Origin: Candidatus Hodarchaeota archaeon
GTDB lineage: Archaea; Asgardarchaeota; Heimdallarchaeia; Hodarchaeales; Hodarchaeaceae
NCBI GenBank assembly: GCA_016839785.1
Contig: JAEOTQ010000237.1
Span: forward strand, 1-28,949
Length of the DNA: 28,949 nucleotides
Direction: 5' to 3'
Every line of letters starts with the position of its first letter. Positions within the stretch are counted from its first letter, which is position 1. Below are positions 10,158-20,161 of this stretch, one piece after another. A program made the translations under genes and the position numbers. Below the pieces are notes generated by a model. That model saw only the letters and a program-made list of their open reading frames with translations. It ran no database searches and had not been told where the DNA came from.

Positions 10158-10302
10158 TTATTACCCTCATGTCTGTAAGGACATTTTTCTAATAAGAGTG
10201 AGGTCTGAGATCCTTTAAAAATTTAAATATATTAACACAATAAAAGTTGTCAGATAGAAGAACATCAATTGAATAAAAGTCTCTATGGAAAGAGCTCTAT
10301 GA

Positions 10303-11127
10303 TCAGTTTTCCATGGATTTCTCTTTTGTGATTAACTCAGAAAGATAATCCCGCGCCCTTAATACTAAAGTTTTCGCTTCTTCCTGAGTTTTTCCCTTAC
10401 TTGAAATTATTAGTTGAATATTTTCTTCTTCCTGATAGGATTTTGGTAAAGATTTAATCCATACATCAAATTTTTCTCTTATTTTCATTAAAAAAGGAGC
10501 TAGTAATGATTCATCAGTAAAAAAAGTGATAAATTCAGTTTCAAAGTGAAATGATTCTTCTTGTTCACAAATTCCTCGTAATTCGGGGATAATGATCGAG
10601 AACATAGCTTTCATTTCTTTTGGAACCCCTGGTAAACAAAAGATCGTGGTATTATGGATTGGATCATTATAGACAATACCAGGAGCTGTTCCTACTGGAT
10701 TATAAATGGTATTTGTACCTTCTGGTAGAAAGGCCATTTTTTTTCTTGCAGGTGTTATGTTTGATGTTTCCACTAAACCTTGATCATATAATTCTTTATA
10801 CCGTTTAGTAACAATTTCTAATGCGTTAGAATTTAATTTAGAGGGGACATTTAAAGCCTTAGCTAAGAAATTTGAAGTGGAATCATCCCAAGTTGGGCCT
10901 AAACCCCCTGTAATAATTATAACTCTGTAAGTACCTGCAGATAATGAATTCTTAATTTCTAAGGAGACGATTTTCTCTAGATCTGGAATCGTAATAATTT
11001 TTAAAACTGAAAACCCGATTCGTGTCATTTCCTTAGCAATATAGTTAGCATTGGTATTCACTGTCTGTCCTGAGAGTAATTCATTCCCTAAAGTCATTAT
11101 CAGTGTATTGGCCGTAGTTTTGGTCAA
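10303..11127 (-). CDS. cinA: CinA-like molybdopterin-binding domain protein (N-terminal CinA/MoCF domain only)
   Basis: GNELLSGQTVNTN, ITGGLGPTWDD, NPVGTAPG, LPGVPKEM; no PncC domain. Confidence 0.88.
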   Translation of the reverse strand: MTKTTANTLIMTLGNELLSGQTVNTNANYIAKEMTRIGFSVLKIITIPDLEKIVSLEIKNSLSAGTYRVIIITGGLGPTWDDSTSNFLAKALNVPSKLNSNALEIVTKRYKELYDQGLVETSNITPARKKMAFLPEGTNTIYNPVGTAPGIVYNDPIHNTTIFCLPGVPKEMKAMFSIIIPELRGICEQEESFHFETEFITFFTDESLLAPFLMKIREKFDVWIKSLPKSYQEEENIQLIISSKGKTQEEAKTLVLRARDYLSELITKEKSMEN

Positions 11128-11385
11128 TCTAATTCACCTTTGTACATTTGTCAAACTTTCCTGTAAATACTCGGCTACTTTAAAATTATACTGAATACTA
11201 GAAATCATTATGGAAGAAATAAAAATGGTCTGACAAGTACATCCTTGTTTTCCTTCAGTCCATTCTAACTAGGCATTCTGTTCTTTTTAAATAGAAAGTT
11301 ATATTTTGACAATGTTATTTTATTATTTAAGAACATCCTAGTATAGAATTAATTAAAGGAGACTAGGTTCTAAATTTCTGGAAAG

Positions 11386-14300
11386 TTGAATATCATGTCG
11401 TCGGAAACAACAGAAGATTCTCTTGTCACAAAAAATGATCTTCATGAATTAGGTGTTGTGGCAACAGAATTACGATCAATTGACCCTACAGTGCAGGTAA
11501 TTTCTTCTTTAAATGAATCGCAAAAATTAATTACACAGATTCAAAAAATAGAAAAGGATTTAACGACTGCAGGCTTCTTTAAGAAAAGAGGTCTAAGCAA
11601 ATCTCTTTCTCAGAAGAAAAACCAGTATAACAAAACTACAGAGAAGCTTTTGAATACAGTTCTTGCTGGTTATAGACGAATTTACTTTGATTTAGCTAAA
11701 AATATTAAGGAAATAGCAAAATTCGTGCCCCAAGAGACAGGTAACATTAAGAATATCCAAATTCCAAGTTTAGAAACAACACTTATTCTAAAATTTAGCA
11801 ATGCAGTGTTAAAGATTTATAATAAGGTAGCAGAAGTACTAAAAGGGAAAAATATTTCTACTTTACTATTTAATCGTGAAATTATTGAATTATATGGAAA
11901 GTTTGTAAATTTTGACGAGGAAAAAATACGTATATCAAGCCAGACATCCAAAGCAAGTATACACGTTATGATAATTTCGGATCTATTGGGCCTTTATAAC
12001 AATCTAGAAGCAGAAAATGCATATTTAAAACAGAGAAGAAAGGGAACAGAGGGGAAAATCCAAGCTGAAATTGTTCGTATGGCCTCTACGTTACATCAAC
12101 ATCTTGGTACTATATCTTCGATCGGAATAAAACTTTCAAGCAATATTGAAACTCTTCAAATACATATACAAGAAATTCAAGGTGAGGCGGATACAAGTAC
12201 ATCTGTAGAAAAGCTTATCGAATTGGAGAAAAGGCTTAGCAGTCTAAGAAATGAGTTTATTAATTCGTTAAGAACGTATGAAATTTCATTAAAGACAGAA
12301 ACTGAAGATCAAATCGGGAGGATTATTCAGCTTGTTGGAGATGACGAAATCGACTCTTTTATAGTTTCAGCACCAAGTATTGATGTTTCTGCCTCTGAAA
12401 TTCCTGTAATCATACAAGATATCGAAAAAATACGATCATGGCATGCAAAATTGATCATAGCCCTGAAGAAACTTGTTAGCACGGCTGAACTAATAAATGC
12501 CGGGAAAACACTACAAGTGATGAAATTTCCTGTTCCAGATGATTTCTTCGACGATGTTAAAAGCATTGAGAAAGAAACTGAGAAAACAAGTGAGCTTCAG
12601 CTGTGGGTGGAGTTAGTGAAACGCTACTATGATTTCCGATTCGCACTTGCTGCTGAATGTCAAAATTATTTCTTCCAAATGCTTGAAAACCCACACATTC
12701 AAGAAGCCATTAGCTTAACTGACGGTCCTCCAATTCCTACTGTGAAAGATTTTGAATCACTTTCACCAGGACAATTAGTCACAAAAGCTCGCGAAATTAA
12801 GGATTGGGAAGCACGCCTGGTTGCATATTTCTCGAAACCAGCCCAGCAAAATTTACGACAGAATCTCATAAGTCTTTACGATACTCGTGAAAGTCTAAAA
12901 GACCTATTAGATGATGATTTGGTCGAAGAAATAGAGAATCTTAGAGAATATAAAAGCGAGGATGAAAAAGAAGTTCGTGATCTCGTTAAAGAAATAGATT
13001 ATTTGAATCAGCTATCAGCGAAAATACGACGTGTAATTTGGGTTGCAATTGATAGTGAAATTCATCCTATCGCTAATCAAATTACCACTCTGGAAACTAT
13101 TCCTCCGAAACTTAAAGCACATGTTCCTAACCTAGAATTAGAAGATTTAAAATCGATTAGAGAAGAAATAGAAATCTCCACTCAAGATAAAGTCAAGAAT
13201 TTACTTGATGAATTTGAGAAGATTACTATCTGGAAATATAAGATTTCAACCCGGATTCGCGAGAATATCAAAGGTATTTCATTTCCTTTAATTCCAATCG
13301 AAACACGATTTGATCTAAGAGAAAAACGCACTGAGATTGTGAAGCTAATTGATAGCCATGCTGAGGCTGGAAACATTGAAGCGATCGTACGTGAATACCT
13401 TTCATTTCTAGAAACAATTGAAGATATGAAAACTGAGATTCTAGTGGAGTTAAAGAAGCAAATTGATGGATTAGAAGCTGTTGATAAAAGATTATTCCGA
13501 TTGATGAAATCTGGAACTAGCAGTGTGAGTTATAGCTCAGAAAGTGAACTTGAGAATTTAGATTATTCTGAAGCATTGACGGAATATTGGCAATTGCTGA
13601 CATTTGTAGACAGAAAAATCTCTACTCTTGCTGAGTTGATGAATCGTGAAATATCATCACATATACAAGATTATTCCAAACTTCCTCCTCAATATTCTGC
13701 CTTTTTTGAGGAACCTCTTGCTCTTATGAATAAAAAACTAGCGGAATTTCAGACTCATAAGGATATCGTACGATTAGTGGATAGTTACGAAAGTTACAGC
13801 CTTGAAAGTATGCAATTAGCTAAGGATTCACTCATAAAATTACATCAGAACCTGTATAATTGGCTAAGAGTCAGTCTTCCTCGAATTCATGAAATTTCTC
13901 CTCTTAGTGATAGTGTTTTTGCCGCGGAGCAGAAGATTTACAACTTTCAACCTGAAGAAGTCTCGCATGAGAGATTAGCCCACGATTTAAGGCAATTGAT
14001 TTACTTCTATGATACTGAAATTGTTGCAGTTTTACTTTCCCATGGAGTATCAAAATCACGAGAAGTGCTTAAAGATGTAAATGACCTCAAGGAAGTAGGT
14101 ATAAACATCATTGAGTATGTTGGCTCTTATATAGAATCTTTCTCGGAGGTAATAGTAAAACATCAGGAAGATGTTCATCTAAGAGAGATTACTGAGGTGT
14201 TTGTGGAAATAGATAAATTGCAAAATGATAATAATGCCTGCAATGCAATTCGTACAACTGGAGAGCGCTATATAGCAGAAATCCAAGATACAATTGAATA

Positions 14301-14904
14301 TTTATTTGGTTCTTTTCAGATTGATCTTCGTGCCGAGGATCGAATCGATTTTGCATATTTAAGTGATTTCCAACGAATCGCTACCAATAATAATGTTCAT
14401 CATTTGACTCAGGCAATCATCAAACTGAATCAAATAAGAGCTGTCGTAGTTGAATTAATGAAAGTAATTGAAAAGGATCGTAATGCGAACTTACAGACCA
14501 AATTAGGAACTCTAGATTATTATTCAAACATTCAAGAGGTCTTCAAGCAATATTCCGATGAAGCATCAGAAAAGATATATCCTTTATCAAAATTACTTGA
14601 AGAACGCGCAGAGTTAATGAATACACATGATTTGCGACTTATATTGAATCTATTCCCAAAAATCGAAAGCCAACGAGAGGAGTGGGAAAAAGTATCAATT
14701 CAATTAAATAGATGGCATAGCGCATTTAGGATGTTTCGTGCTCGCTACTTACCTTCAGAAAACATTGAAGAGAATAAGAGACAATTTAAGGAGATAACGA
14801 AGAAAATAACAGAAACTTATCCCCGTAATAAAGTTATTGGAGCATATTTATCATTAGTAATGAAATTATTTATTGAAATTAAATCTGGTATAGAACTAGA
14901 ATAA
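11386..14904 (+). CDS. Large all-helical / coiled-coil repeat protein
   Basis: 1172-aa ORF rich in E/K/L/I with heptad character; no Walker A or TM segment seen. ATG 11395 is an alternative start. Confidence 0.85.
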   Translation: MNIMSSETTEDSLVTKNDLHELGVVATELRSIDPTVQVISSLNESQKLITQIQKIEKDLTTAGFFKKRGLSKSLSQKKNQYNKTTEKLLNTVLAGYRRIYFDLAKNIKEIAKFVPQETGNIKNIQIPSLETTLILKFSNAVLKIYNKVAEVLKGKNISTLLFNREIIELYGKFVNFDEEKIRISSQTSKASIHVMIISDLLGLYNNLEAENAYLKQRRKGTEGKIQAEIVRMASTLHQHLGTISSIGIKLSSNIETLQIHIQEIQGEADTSTSVEKLIELEKRLSSLRNEFINSLRTYEISLKTETEDQIGRIIQLVGDDEIDSFIVSAPSIDVSASEIPVIIQDIEKIRSWHAKLIIALKKLVSTAELINAGKTLQVMKFPVPDDFFDDVKSIEKETEKTSELQLWVELVKRYYDFRFALAAECQNYFFQMLENPHIQEAISLTDGPPIPTVKDFESLSPGQLVTKAREIKDWEARLVAYFSKPAQQNLRQNLISLYDTRESLKDLLDDDLVEEIENLREYKSEDEKEVRDLVKEIDYLNQLSAKIRRVIWVAIDSEIHPIANQITTLETIPPKLKAHVPNLELEDLKSIREEIEISTQDKVKNLLDEFEKITIWKYKISTRIRENIKGISFPLIPIETRFDLREKRTEIVKLIDSHAEAGNIEAIVREYLSFLETIEDMKTEILVELKKQIDGLEAVDKRLFRLMKSGTSSVSYSSESELENLDYSEALTEYWQLLTFVDRKISTLAELMNREISSHIQDYSKLPPQYSAFFEEPLALMNKKLAEFQTHKDIVRLVDSYESYSLESMQLAKDSLIKLHQNLYNWLRVSLPRIHEISPLSDSVFAAEQKIYNFQPEEVSHERLAHDLRQLIYFYDTEIVAVLLSHGVSKSREVLKDVNDLKEVGINIIEYVGSYIESFSEVIVKHQEDVHLREITEVFVEIDKLQNDNNACNAIRTTGERYIAEIQDTIEYLFGSFQIDLRAEDRIDFAYLSDFQRIATNNNVHHLTQAIIKLNQIRAVVVELMKVIEKDRNANLQTKLGTLDYYSNIQEVFKQYSDEASEKIYPLSKLLEERAELMNTHDLRLILNLFPKIESQREEWEKVSIQLNRWHSAFRMFRARYLPSENIEENKRQFKEITKKITETYPRNKVIGAYLSLVMKLFIEIKSGIELE

Positions 14905-14918
14905 AAGGAAGATCAGAT

Positions 14919-14966
14919 ATGACAATGGAAGAAACAGAAAGCGAAATATTTGCACTTGATCCTTAG
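14919..14966 (+). pseudogene. 15-codon stub resembling the N-terminus of the tubulin/FtsZ-like gene
   Basis: AAGGAAG then ATG, 14 nt after the 1172-aa gene stop. MTMEETESEIFALDP* versus MAIDDQESSEIFAIG at 24744; similarity stops just before the first GTP-binding Gly. Confidence 0.55.
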
Positions 14967-15481
14967 AATTCTTCTTTATCAGCGTGTTTTGTATTTTTGG
15001 ATACTACTTTCCTGCTTATTCTCGTGTCGTAAATCTTACCTAAGGACATAGATTTCGAGGAAATCATCACTTGCGAGTCTATTAGCTTGCATAATACAGT
15101 CTTCACACATCTCTTCCTTGAAAAGTCAGCAGTGGTAATATTTCATCACGTAAGTTACGAAAAAACCATTATACAATGCATACTCACCGAAAAGTGATTT
15201 GAACACAAAAGCGAGTGTTCTCATAAGTAGGAAAGTGACTGACTTTCACCAATCTATTTTGAAGGATGGAAAAGACCACCCCAAAACACATTAAGAGTTA
15301 CTACAAGTCTAAACAGGATGATTCGGAGTTGAGGAGAAATACTACTTGCTATGGCCTGAAAATCGACGAGAATCTCTTTGACTTGTAACCGAGAACGAAT
15401 AATATTGCATAGATTGAAATGTTGAGTCCTCTCGTCAGTGAGTCTTGCATAAGTGTCAAAACCTAATTTATTCTTTTTCAT
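14960..15481 (-). pseudogene. Probable decayed gene coupled to the M50-like gene
   Basis: The 75-aa ORF 15481-15254 overlaps the stop of 16346-15468. Downstream, protein-like fragments continue in shifting frames (MRTLAFVFKSLFGEYALY / WFFRNLRDEILPLL / FKEEMCEDCIMQANRLASDDFLEIYVLR*). Confidence 0.35.
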
Positions 15482-16346
15482 TGTAGAAGGAGGGAAAAAA
15501 CCGCGTTTTCTTAAACGATGACTGTTTCTTTTGCTCCCTACTATCTGGAATCTTGAGTAACACTGGATATTTCAGCTTAGTACTTCTCTTGAAAAATCTA
15601 ACAGTCACGAGTAAGAATGAAAGATAAAATAACGAATAAACTAAGGCTGCAATCAGGGCAGCTACTAAATCACCTTTTGATCGTAATGTCACCTCAACAA
15701 ATATTGAGAAAAATACAACATAAAGCCAGTTAACACAGAATTTTGGAACTAAACCCTGTCTTAGCATAGTATAGATGATCATCATCTGATCTGAAGAACT
15801 AGGCATCAAAGCGTGAAAAAGAACCAATGAGGCGTAGATATGTATTAGGAAACCCATCATTCCTCCTACTTCTATTAACGGTAGTAAAGCTAAATAAACG
15901 ATGAAAAAAGTTAGAGTGTGTTTCCAAGGAGCCATTGCTACCTTTATCATGTCGTCTAAGGTCGTACAAGTACAATAAACGTTTGAACCTTCAGCTCGCG
16001 TATCAATTTCAAAGCGATTATATACTCCGAATTCAATTTGTCTCTTGTCCCTGTTGGAAGGCTCTTTTATATGCCCTTGTTTTTCTTGCTCTCTATTTAT
16101 TTGTTCTTCGATTTCACGCGCCACCGTCATGTGTGCATGTAAGTGAATTAGTCTAAAAGGCCAGGTCAGAAAATCAGCGAGAGGATTTAGGAAAGAAAAT
16201 ATTAGTAATATGCATTTTACAAAGAAATAACTGAAAACAATGAACATTATGGCTTTGAATGGGTCAGATAAATCGAGCTGGCCGATATACCAACCAATAA
16301 AGGATTCTCCTAACGGTTGTAGAAAGTTTTCAAGTAAGGAGATCAT
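15468..16346 (-). CDS. Multi-pass membrane protein, degenerate M50-like/zincin metalloprotease
   Basis: Several hydrophobic segments; HLHAH where HExxH is expected, 'KVAMAP', and 'MPSSSD' as the third-ligand motif. Confidence 0.6.
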   Translation of the reverse strand: MISLLENFLQPLGESFIGWYIGQLDLSDPFKAIMFIVFSYFFVKCILLIFSFLNPLADFLTWPFRLIHLHAHMTVAREIEEQINREQEKQGHIKEPSNRDKRQIEFGVYNRFEIDTRAEGSNVYCTCTTLDDMIKVAMAPWKHTLTFFIVYLALLPLIEVGGMMGFLIHIYASLVLFHALMPSSSDQMMIIYTMLRQGLVPKFCVNWLYVVFFSIFVEVTLRSKGDLVAALIAALVYSLFYLSFLLVTVRFFKRSTKLKYPVLLKIPDSREQKKQSSFKKTRFFPSFYNEKE

Positions 16347-16375
16347 ATTTCTTCATAATATAATTCGAATTCTCT

Positions 16376-16424
16376 CTTAAATATTTGAAAATTCGGCTCT
16401 TTTACATAATTTCAAATTTATAAA
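16376..16424. promoter_or_regulatory. Divergent promoter pair with TTTYRARTWTWTAAR motif
   Basis: TTTCAAATTTATAAA (+, 16410-16424) and TTTCAAATATTTAAG (-, 16390-16376) at TATA distance from the two starts. Confidence 0.6.
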
Positions 16425-16442
16425 TAAAAATACGAATCAATA

Positions 16443-17720
16443 GTGATGAAAGCAACAAATATAGTAACAAGGGGTATACTAAATGCTCACAAGAATTATC
16501 TCAATGGAAAATTATTTCTTGAAGAAAAAAAACAAGAAAATGCTCTAGAATGTTTTTTAAAATCAAAAAATCTATTTCAAGAGGAATTAAATAGGTTATG
16601 TACTTTCGATACACGCTTGATGTGGGAACAAGAACTAAAATTAGTAAATCAAGAAATTTTTAAATTAGAAAAGGGAACTAAGCTAAATCTGGACAAGTTT
16701 ACCGAAGATACAGACTCTAGTTCGAGATTTGATAGGTGGATATCACGGATAAGAGAAGTACACCCAAGATCAGGAACAATGGATACAAATGTTATTGGTT
16801 TGGAATTGGTTAAAGGAACATTAGATAAAGTAATATCATTACCCCTAGAAAGACCTGATATTTGGATAATAAGTCCTTCTCCTCCAAGAAGTATTCTACT
16901 TTATGGAGCACCAGGATGCGGAAAAACACTAATTGTCAAGGTAACAGCTCAAAAAGCAGGTCTTCCCATATATAACATCACCTTAGGAGAATTACTAAGT
17001 AAATGGTTTGGAGAAAGTGAGAAAAAGATAGAATATTTATTTGAAGTTGCATATAAAGAACCTGATGGGTGCATTCTATTCTTTGATGAAATTGATGCCT
17101 TAGTTGGCCAAATGAGCAATGATTCTGATGCAATTAATCGAGTACGGAAAGCGTTTTTGACAGCCTTAGATGGTTATAAAGTACCAAAACCAAATAAAGT
17201 GATTGTTATTGGTTTGACCAATAGGCCTGATTTATTAGACGGAGCTACAATGAGACGGTTCGATAGAAGGGTTTATGTACCTCCTCCTAACTACGACGCT
17301 ATTCTGAAATTGATTCAAAATATTGTAAATAAAACTGACATGAATTTAGATCTATTCTCAGACTCATGGCAGAAAGTAATACATTCCATGCTTGGATTAA
17401 CTGCTGATGAGATATGTAAAATTATTCATGGTGCTATTTGGGAAACAGCAGACAGTATTATTAACCGAGAGGAAGAATTAGGGGAGAAATTCCTGAAAAA
17501 AATTAAAGATCTTTTGTTAGACATGACGCCTTATTTTTGTACATTTGAAGCACTGGAACCATCAGTATTTTTGTTCTTGGATAAACAATATGGATTTCCA
17601 AAGACGAAGGAAGAGGCTTATTGTTGGGAACCATCATTTAATAGCCGAAAACACCGTTTAATTCAACTACACCCCGAACCGAAGGTAATACACAAAAGGA
17701 AATTGTCAAGACGGATTTAA
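16443..17720 (+). CDS. Vps4/CdvC/katanin-clade single AAA+ ATPase with N-terminal MIT/TPR-like helices
   Basis: LLYGAPGCGKT, pore loop SKWFGESEK, FFDEID, TNRP..LD, RRFDRRVYVPPP; N-terminal helical hairpin 'AHKNYLNGKLFLEEKKQENALECF'. ATG 16446 is a likely leaderless start. Confidence 0.85.
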   Translation: MMKATNIVTRGILNAHKNYLNGKLFLEEKKQENALECFLKSKNLFQEELNRLCTFDTRLMWEQELKLVNQEIFKLEKGTKLNLDKFTEDTDSSSRFDRWISRIREVHPRSGTMDTNVIGLELVKGTLDKVISLPLERPDIWIISPSPPRSILLYGAPGCGKTLIVKVTAQKAGLPIYNITLGELLSKWFGESEKKIEYLFEVAYKEPDGCILFFDEIDALVGQMSNDSDAINRVRKAFLTALDGYKVPKPNKVIVIGLTNRPDLLDGATMRRFDRRVYVPPPNYDAILKLIQNIVNKTDMNLDLFSDSWQKVIHSMLGLTADEICKIIHGAIWETADSIINREEELGEKFLKKIKDLLLDMTPYFCTFEALEPSVFLFLDKQYGFPKTKEEAYCWEPSFNSRKHRLIQLHPEPKVIHKRKLSRRI

Positions 17721-17758
17721 AATTCCTGTATTACACTCCTAATTTGATGCGGATGATA

Positions 17759-18460
17759 TTATTTTATATTTAACTTATGTAACAGGTTTTTCTTTAGACT
17801 AGGAGATTTTGTATAAGAAAAGGTGCTTTCAGAAGTTTCAGATTGTTTTTTATTTCGACACTGCTTAGGTATTTCAGGGGAAAGAGTAGGATATTTGTGA
17901 AAAGTATTAGTTAATCCACATTCTTCACTTACCTCTGCAATACTAAGCAGGCGCATTTTGAATCCAGGTATCAGTTCATGCAATACCCCTTGGAAATTTT
18001 CTAGATGTTTACAGGTCTGTTTTAAATAATAGGATTGCTGTTCTTCTCCAAGCTTGGTCCATGGTTGAGCCATCAACAACTCGTAAATCACAAGGTAAAC
18101 TGAACCTTGCTGACTTTCAATATGAATTATGGAGAATTGATCTTGGAATCGTAATCTATCTAAATAATCCTCCGTTTCTACTGTTGAGAAGAATAGGATA
18201 CCTGTGACCGCATATAAAGACTGATTGCTATCTATAAGTAACGTATTTGGTATTGCATCAGCACTCATAAGACTAAGTTCAGCAATTGGTTCTCCTCTAA
18301 TAATCTCGTTTCGATTCAAAATTATTAGATAAAACTCTGCTCCAATGTAACCCAAAATACCTAATAACATTCTCATTAGTTTAAATTGAAACAAAAGCAT
18401 CCCTAGTTCATAAAAAGAAATAAAAACAAATAGCTTCAGGAGCATATCTTTTGATATCAT
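17759..18460 (-). CDS. Membrane-anchored protein (two N-terminal TM helices plus soluble domain)
   Basis: Hydrophobic residues ~7-49; starts 3 nt after the upstream gene's stop. Confidence 0.7.
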   Translation of the reverse strand: MISKDMLLKLFVFISFYELGMLLFQFKLMRMLLGILGYIGAEFYLIILNRNEIIRGEPIAELSLMSADAIPNTLLIDSNQSLYAVTGILFFSTVETEDYLDRLRFQDQFSIIHIESQQGSVYLVIYELLMAQPWTKLGEEQQSYYLKQTCKHLENFQGVLHELIPGFKMRLLSIAEVSEECGLTNTFHKYPTLSPEIPKQCRNKKQSETSESTFSYTKSPSLKKNLLHKLNIK

Positions 18461-18463
18461 ACT

Positions 18464-19510
18464 TCATCTATCTCCTAATTTTTTTATTTGTTTTCCCTCA
18501 TTGGTTTCCTGCTCCTTGTAGATTACATAAAGGGGTACTCCGAAGAGAACTCCAGTGAAGAAAATAGCCATTATCTCCTCAGGGATGGGGTGGTCAGGAA
18601 TATCTATTCTAGACCAAAAATTTGGTATATAATTAGTTTGAAAGTCGACTGTGTGAACTGAAATTTTAATCGTGTATTCACCGTTGTCACTTGTTTCACT
18701 GGGGAAAATTTTTATTCCTATTTCTGTGAAATTCTTATCTAGGATTAGTGTGAATCGTATGAGTGGATTTAACTGTGGTATGGTACTCAAAGTGGTACCT
18801 ATCAAAGTCAATGTTTCTATCTCAATATTGGTATTCAGAAGCAATGTTGAATACAACTTAGCATTAATGGGTAGACGCGTTAGAAATATCGAATTCAGAA
18901 CGAATCGTCGTTTTTGAAAAAATGATAAGTCTTTAAGTCGGATTTTGAATGTATCAGGCATAATTAATATATCAGATTCTGCAATTTCCAATATTTCCCT
19001 AATTATTATTTCATTAAAATCGAATTGTGCATTTATTCCGATGATACTCGGAAAATACTCCAGTGTGACATCTATTCGAAGATGCATCGAAGGGACAAAT
19101 GAGGATAGACCCTCTAATGGAAGAATTAGTACATTTTCTAGATTAAAATCATAATAGACATCGTAAATATGCTCTGTGTTACAAAATACACGCTCCCAAC
19201 TATATTCATCAATCTGCACGCAGAGGGTGATCTTTTTCAATTCAGAACCTGCATTTACTACAGTAAATAGTAAAAAGATATCACCACCGTAGAATTCGTA
19301 TTGGAAGGTCAAGGGTTGAATCCTAATACTAGTAATTTGTTGAGTAACATGGACTTGTTGAGATATACCTAGATCTCTATCCATGAACGGAGATTGTGAC
19401 ATCGTGGGAATAGCCGTTACAGTTTTAACTGAGGTAAATGTAAATAATCGAAGATTTATAAAGAGAAAAATAAGTAAAAGGAAAATACTATATGGTTGAT
19501 GTCGACTCAA
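18464..19510 (-). CDS. Predicted surface protein: signal peptide, beta-rich ectodomain, C-terminal TM anchor
   Basis: N-terminal hydrophobic stretch SIFLLLIFLFINL, alternating beta-strand patterns, C-terminal IMAIFFTGVLFGVPLYVIY plus charged tail; ATGA overlap with the hydrolase gene. Confidence 0.75.
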   Translation of the reverse strand: MSRHQPYSIFLLLIFLFINLRLFTFTSVKTVTAIPTMSQSPFMDRDLGISQQVHVTQQITSIRIQPLTFQYEFYGGDIFLLFTVVNAGSELKKITLCVQIDEYSWERVFCNTEHIYDVYYDFNLENVLILPLEGLSSFVPSMHLRIDVTLEYFPSIIGINAQFDFNEIIIREILEIAESDILIMPDTFKIRLKDLSFFQKRRFVLNSIFLTRLPINAKLYSTLLLNTNIEIETLTLIGTTLSTIPQLNPLIRFTLILDKNFTEIGIKIFPSETSDNGEYTIKISVHTVDFQTNYIPNFWSRIDIPDHPIPEEIMAIFFTGVLFGVPLYVIYKEQETNEGKQIKKLGDR

Positions 19511-20151
19511 TTCACTCCTCTCTCCTGAAATACAGATTTTAATAAAATATCAAAATCGTAACCATGGATTTCGTCAATATGTAATGGATCTCTTAAATTA
19601 TCAATAAGAATCAGTAAACAAGCAAGAACTACAACCCCTTTACATAATAGGACAATTCTATGGTTGATTCCACGTTCTTCTCTGCTTAATAAACTACTAT
19701 GAAGACGTAATTTTAATCTTGGTCTCGTATGCTGATTAAATAGATAGTTTTTGCGTCTATCCTGAGAAAATAGAGTGGATGTAAAGCCAATGGGAATTCC
19801 CTCCTCACTGAATATATCAAGAATCAAATGGGATCCAATTGAAAGAAATATCCCTCTTACAAGTAAACAGAATATCTGATTTTCGGTATTGACCCCTAAA
19901 AAGACAAGGAATAGAAATAATAAAATTATAGGGTTATGCGTAAGCGGATGTCTACATCTCTCTGCACAAGTTTTCATTTTTTGATCCGTACAGAAATACT
20001 TGTCCAGAATATTAGGAAAAACGCTAATAAAACTCAGGCCTACAGCAAAGGGGAGAAATAGAATCTGAATCATAGGTTTTTGCATATTGAGGAAAAGAAT
20101 ATCCAGCAAAATGAGTGAGAAAGCAAACCAGAAATGAGTACGATTCTCTAT
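19507..20151 (-). CDS. YdjM-like membrane metal-dependent hydrolase
   Basis: The frame stays open 14 codons upstream of TTG 20109 to ATA-GAG-AAT-CGT-ACT-CAT (xENRTH, the family's N-terminal TH motif), preceded by GAGGT. FPNILD, RHPLTHN, SHLILD..GIP. Confidence 0.75.
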   Translation of the reverse strand: MENRTHFWFAFSLILLDILFLNMQKPMIQILFLPFAVGLSFISVFPNILDKYFCTDQKMKTCAERCRHPLTHNPIILLFLFLVFLGVNTENQIFCLLVRGIFLSIGSHLILDIFSEEGIPIGFTSTLFSQDRRKNYLFNQHTRPRLKLRLHSSLLSREERGINHRIVLLCKGVVVLACLLILIDNLRDPLHIDEIHGYDFDILLKSVFQERGVN

Positions 20152-20161
20152 CGCTACAACC

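Noticed and set aside
11386-14904. SMC/Rad50 or dynamin-like protein
   Set aside because: No Walker A/B, signature motif or GTPase motifs found.
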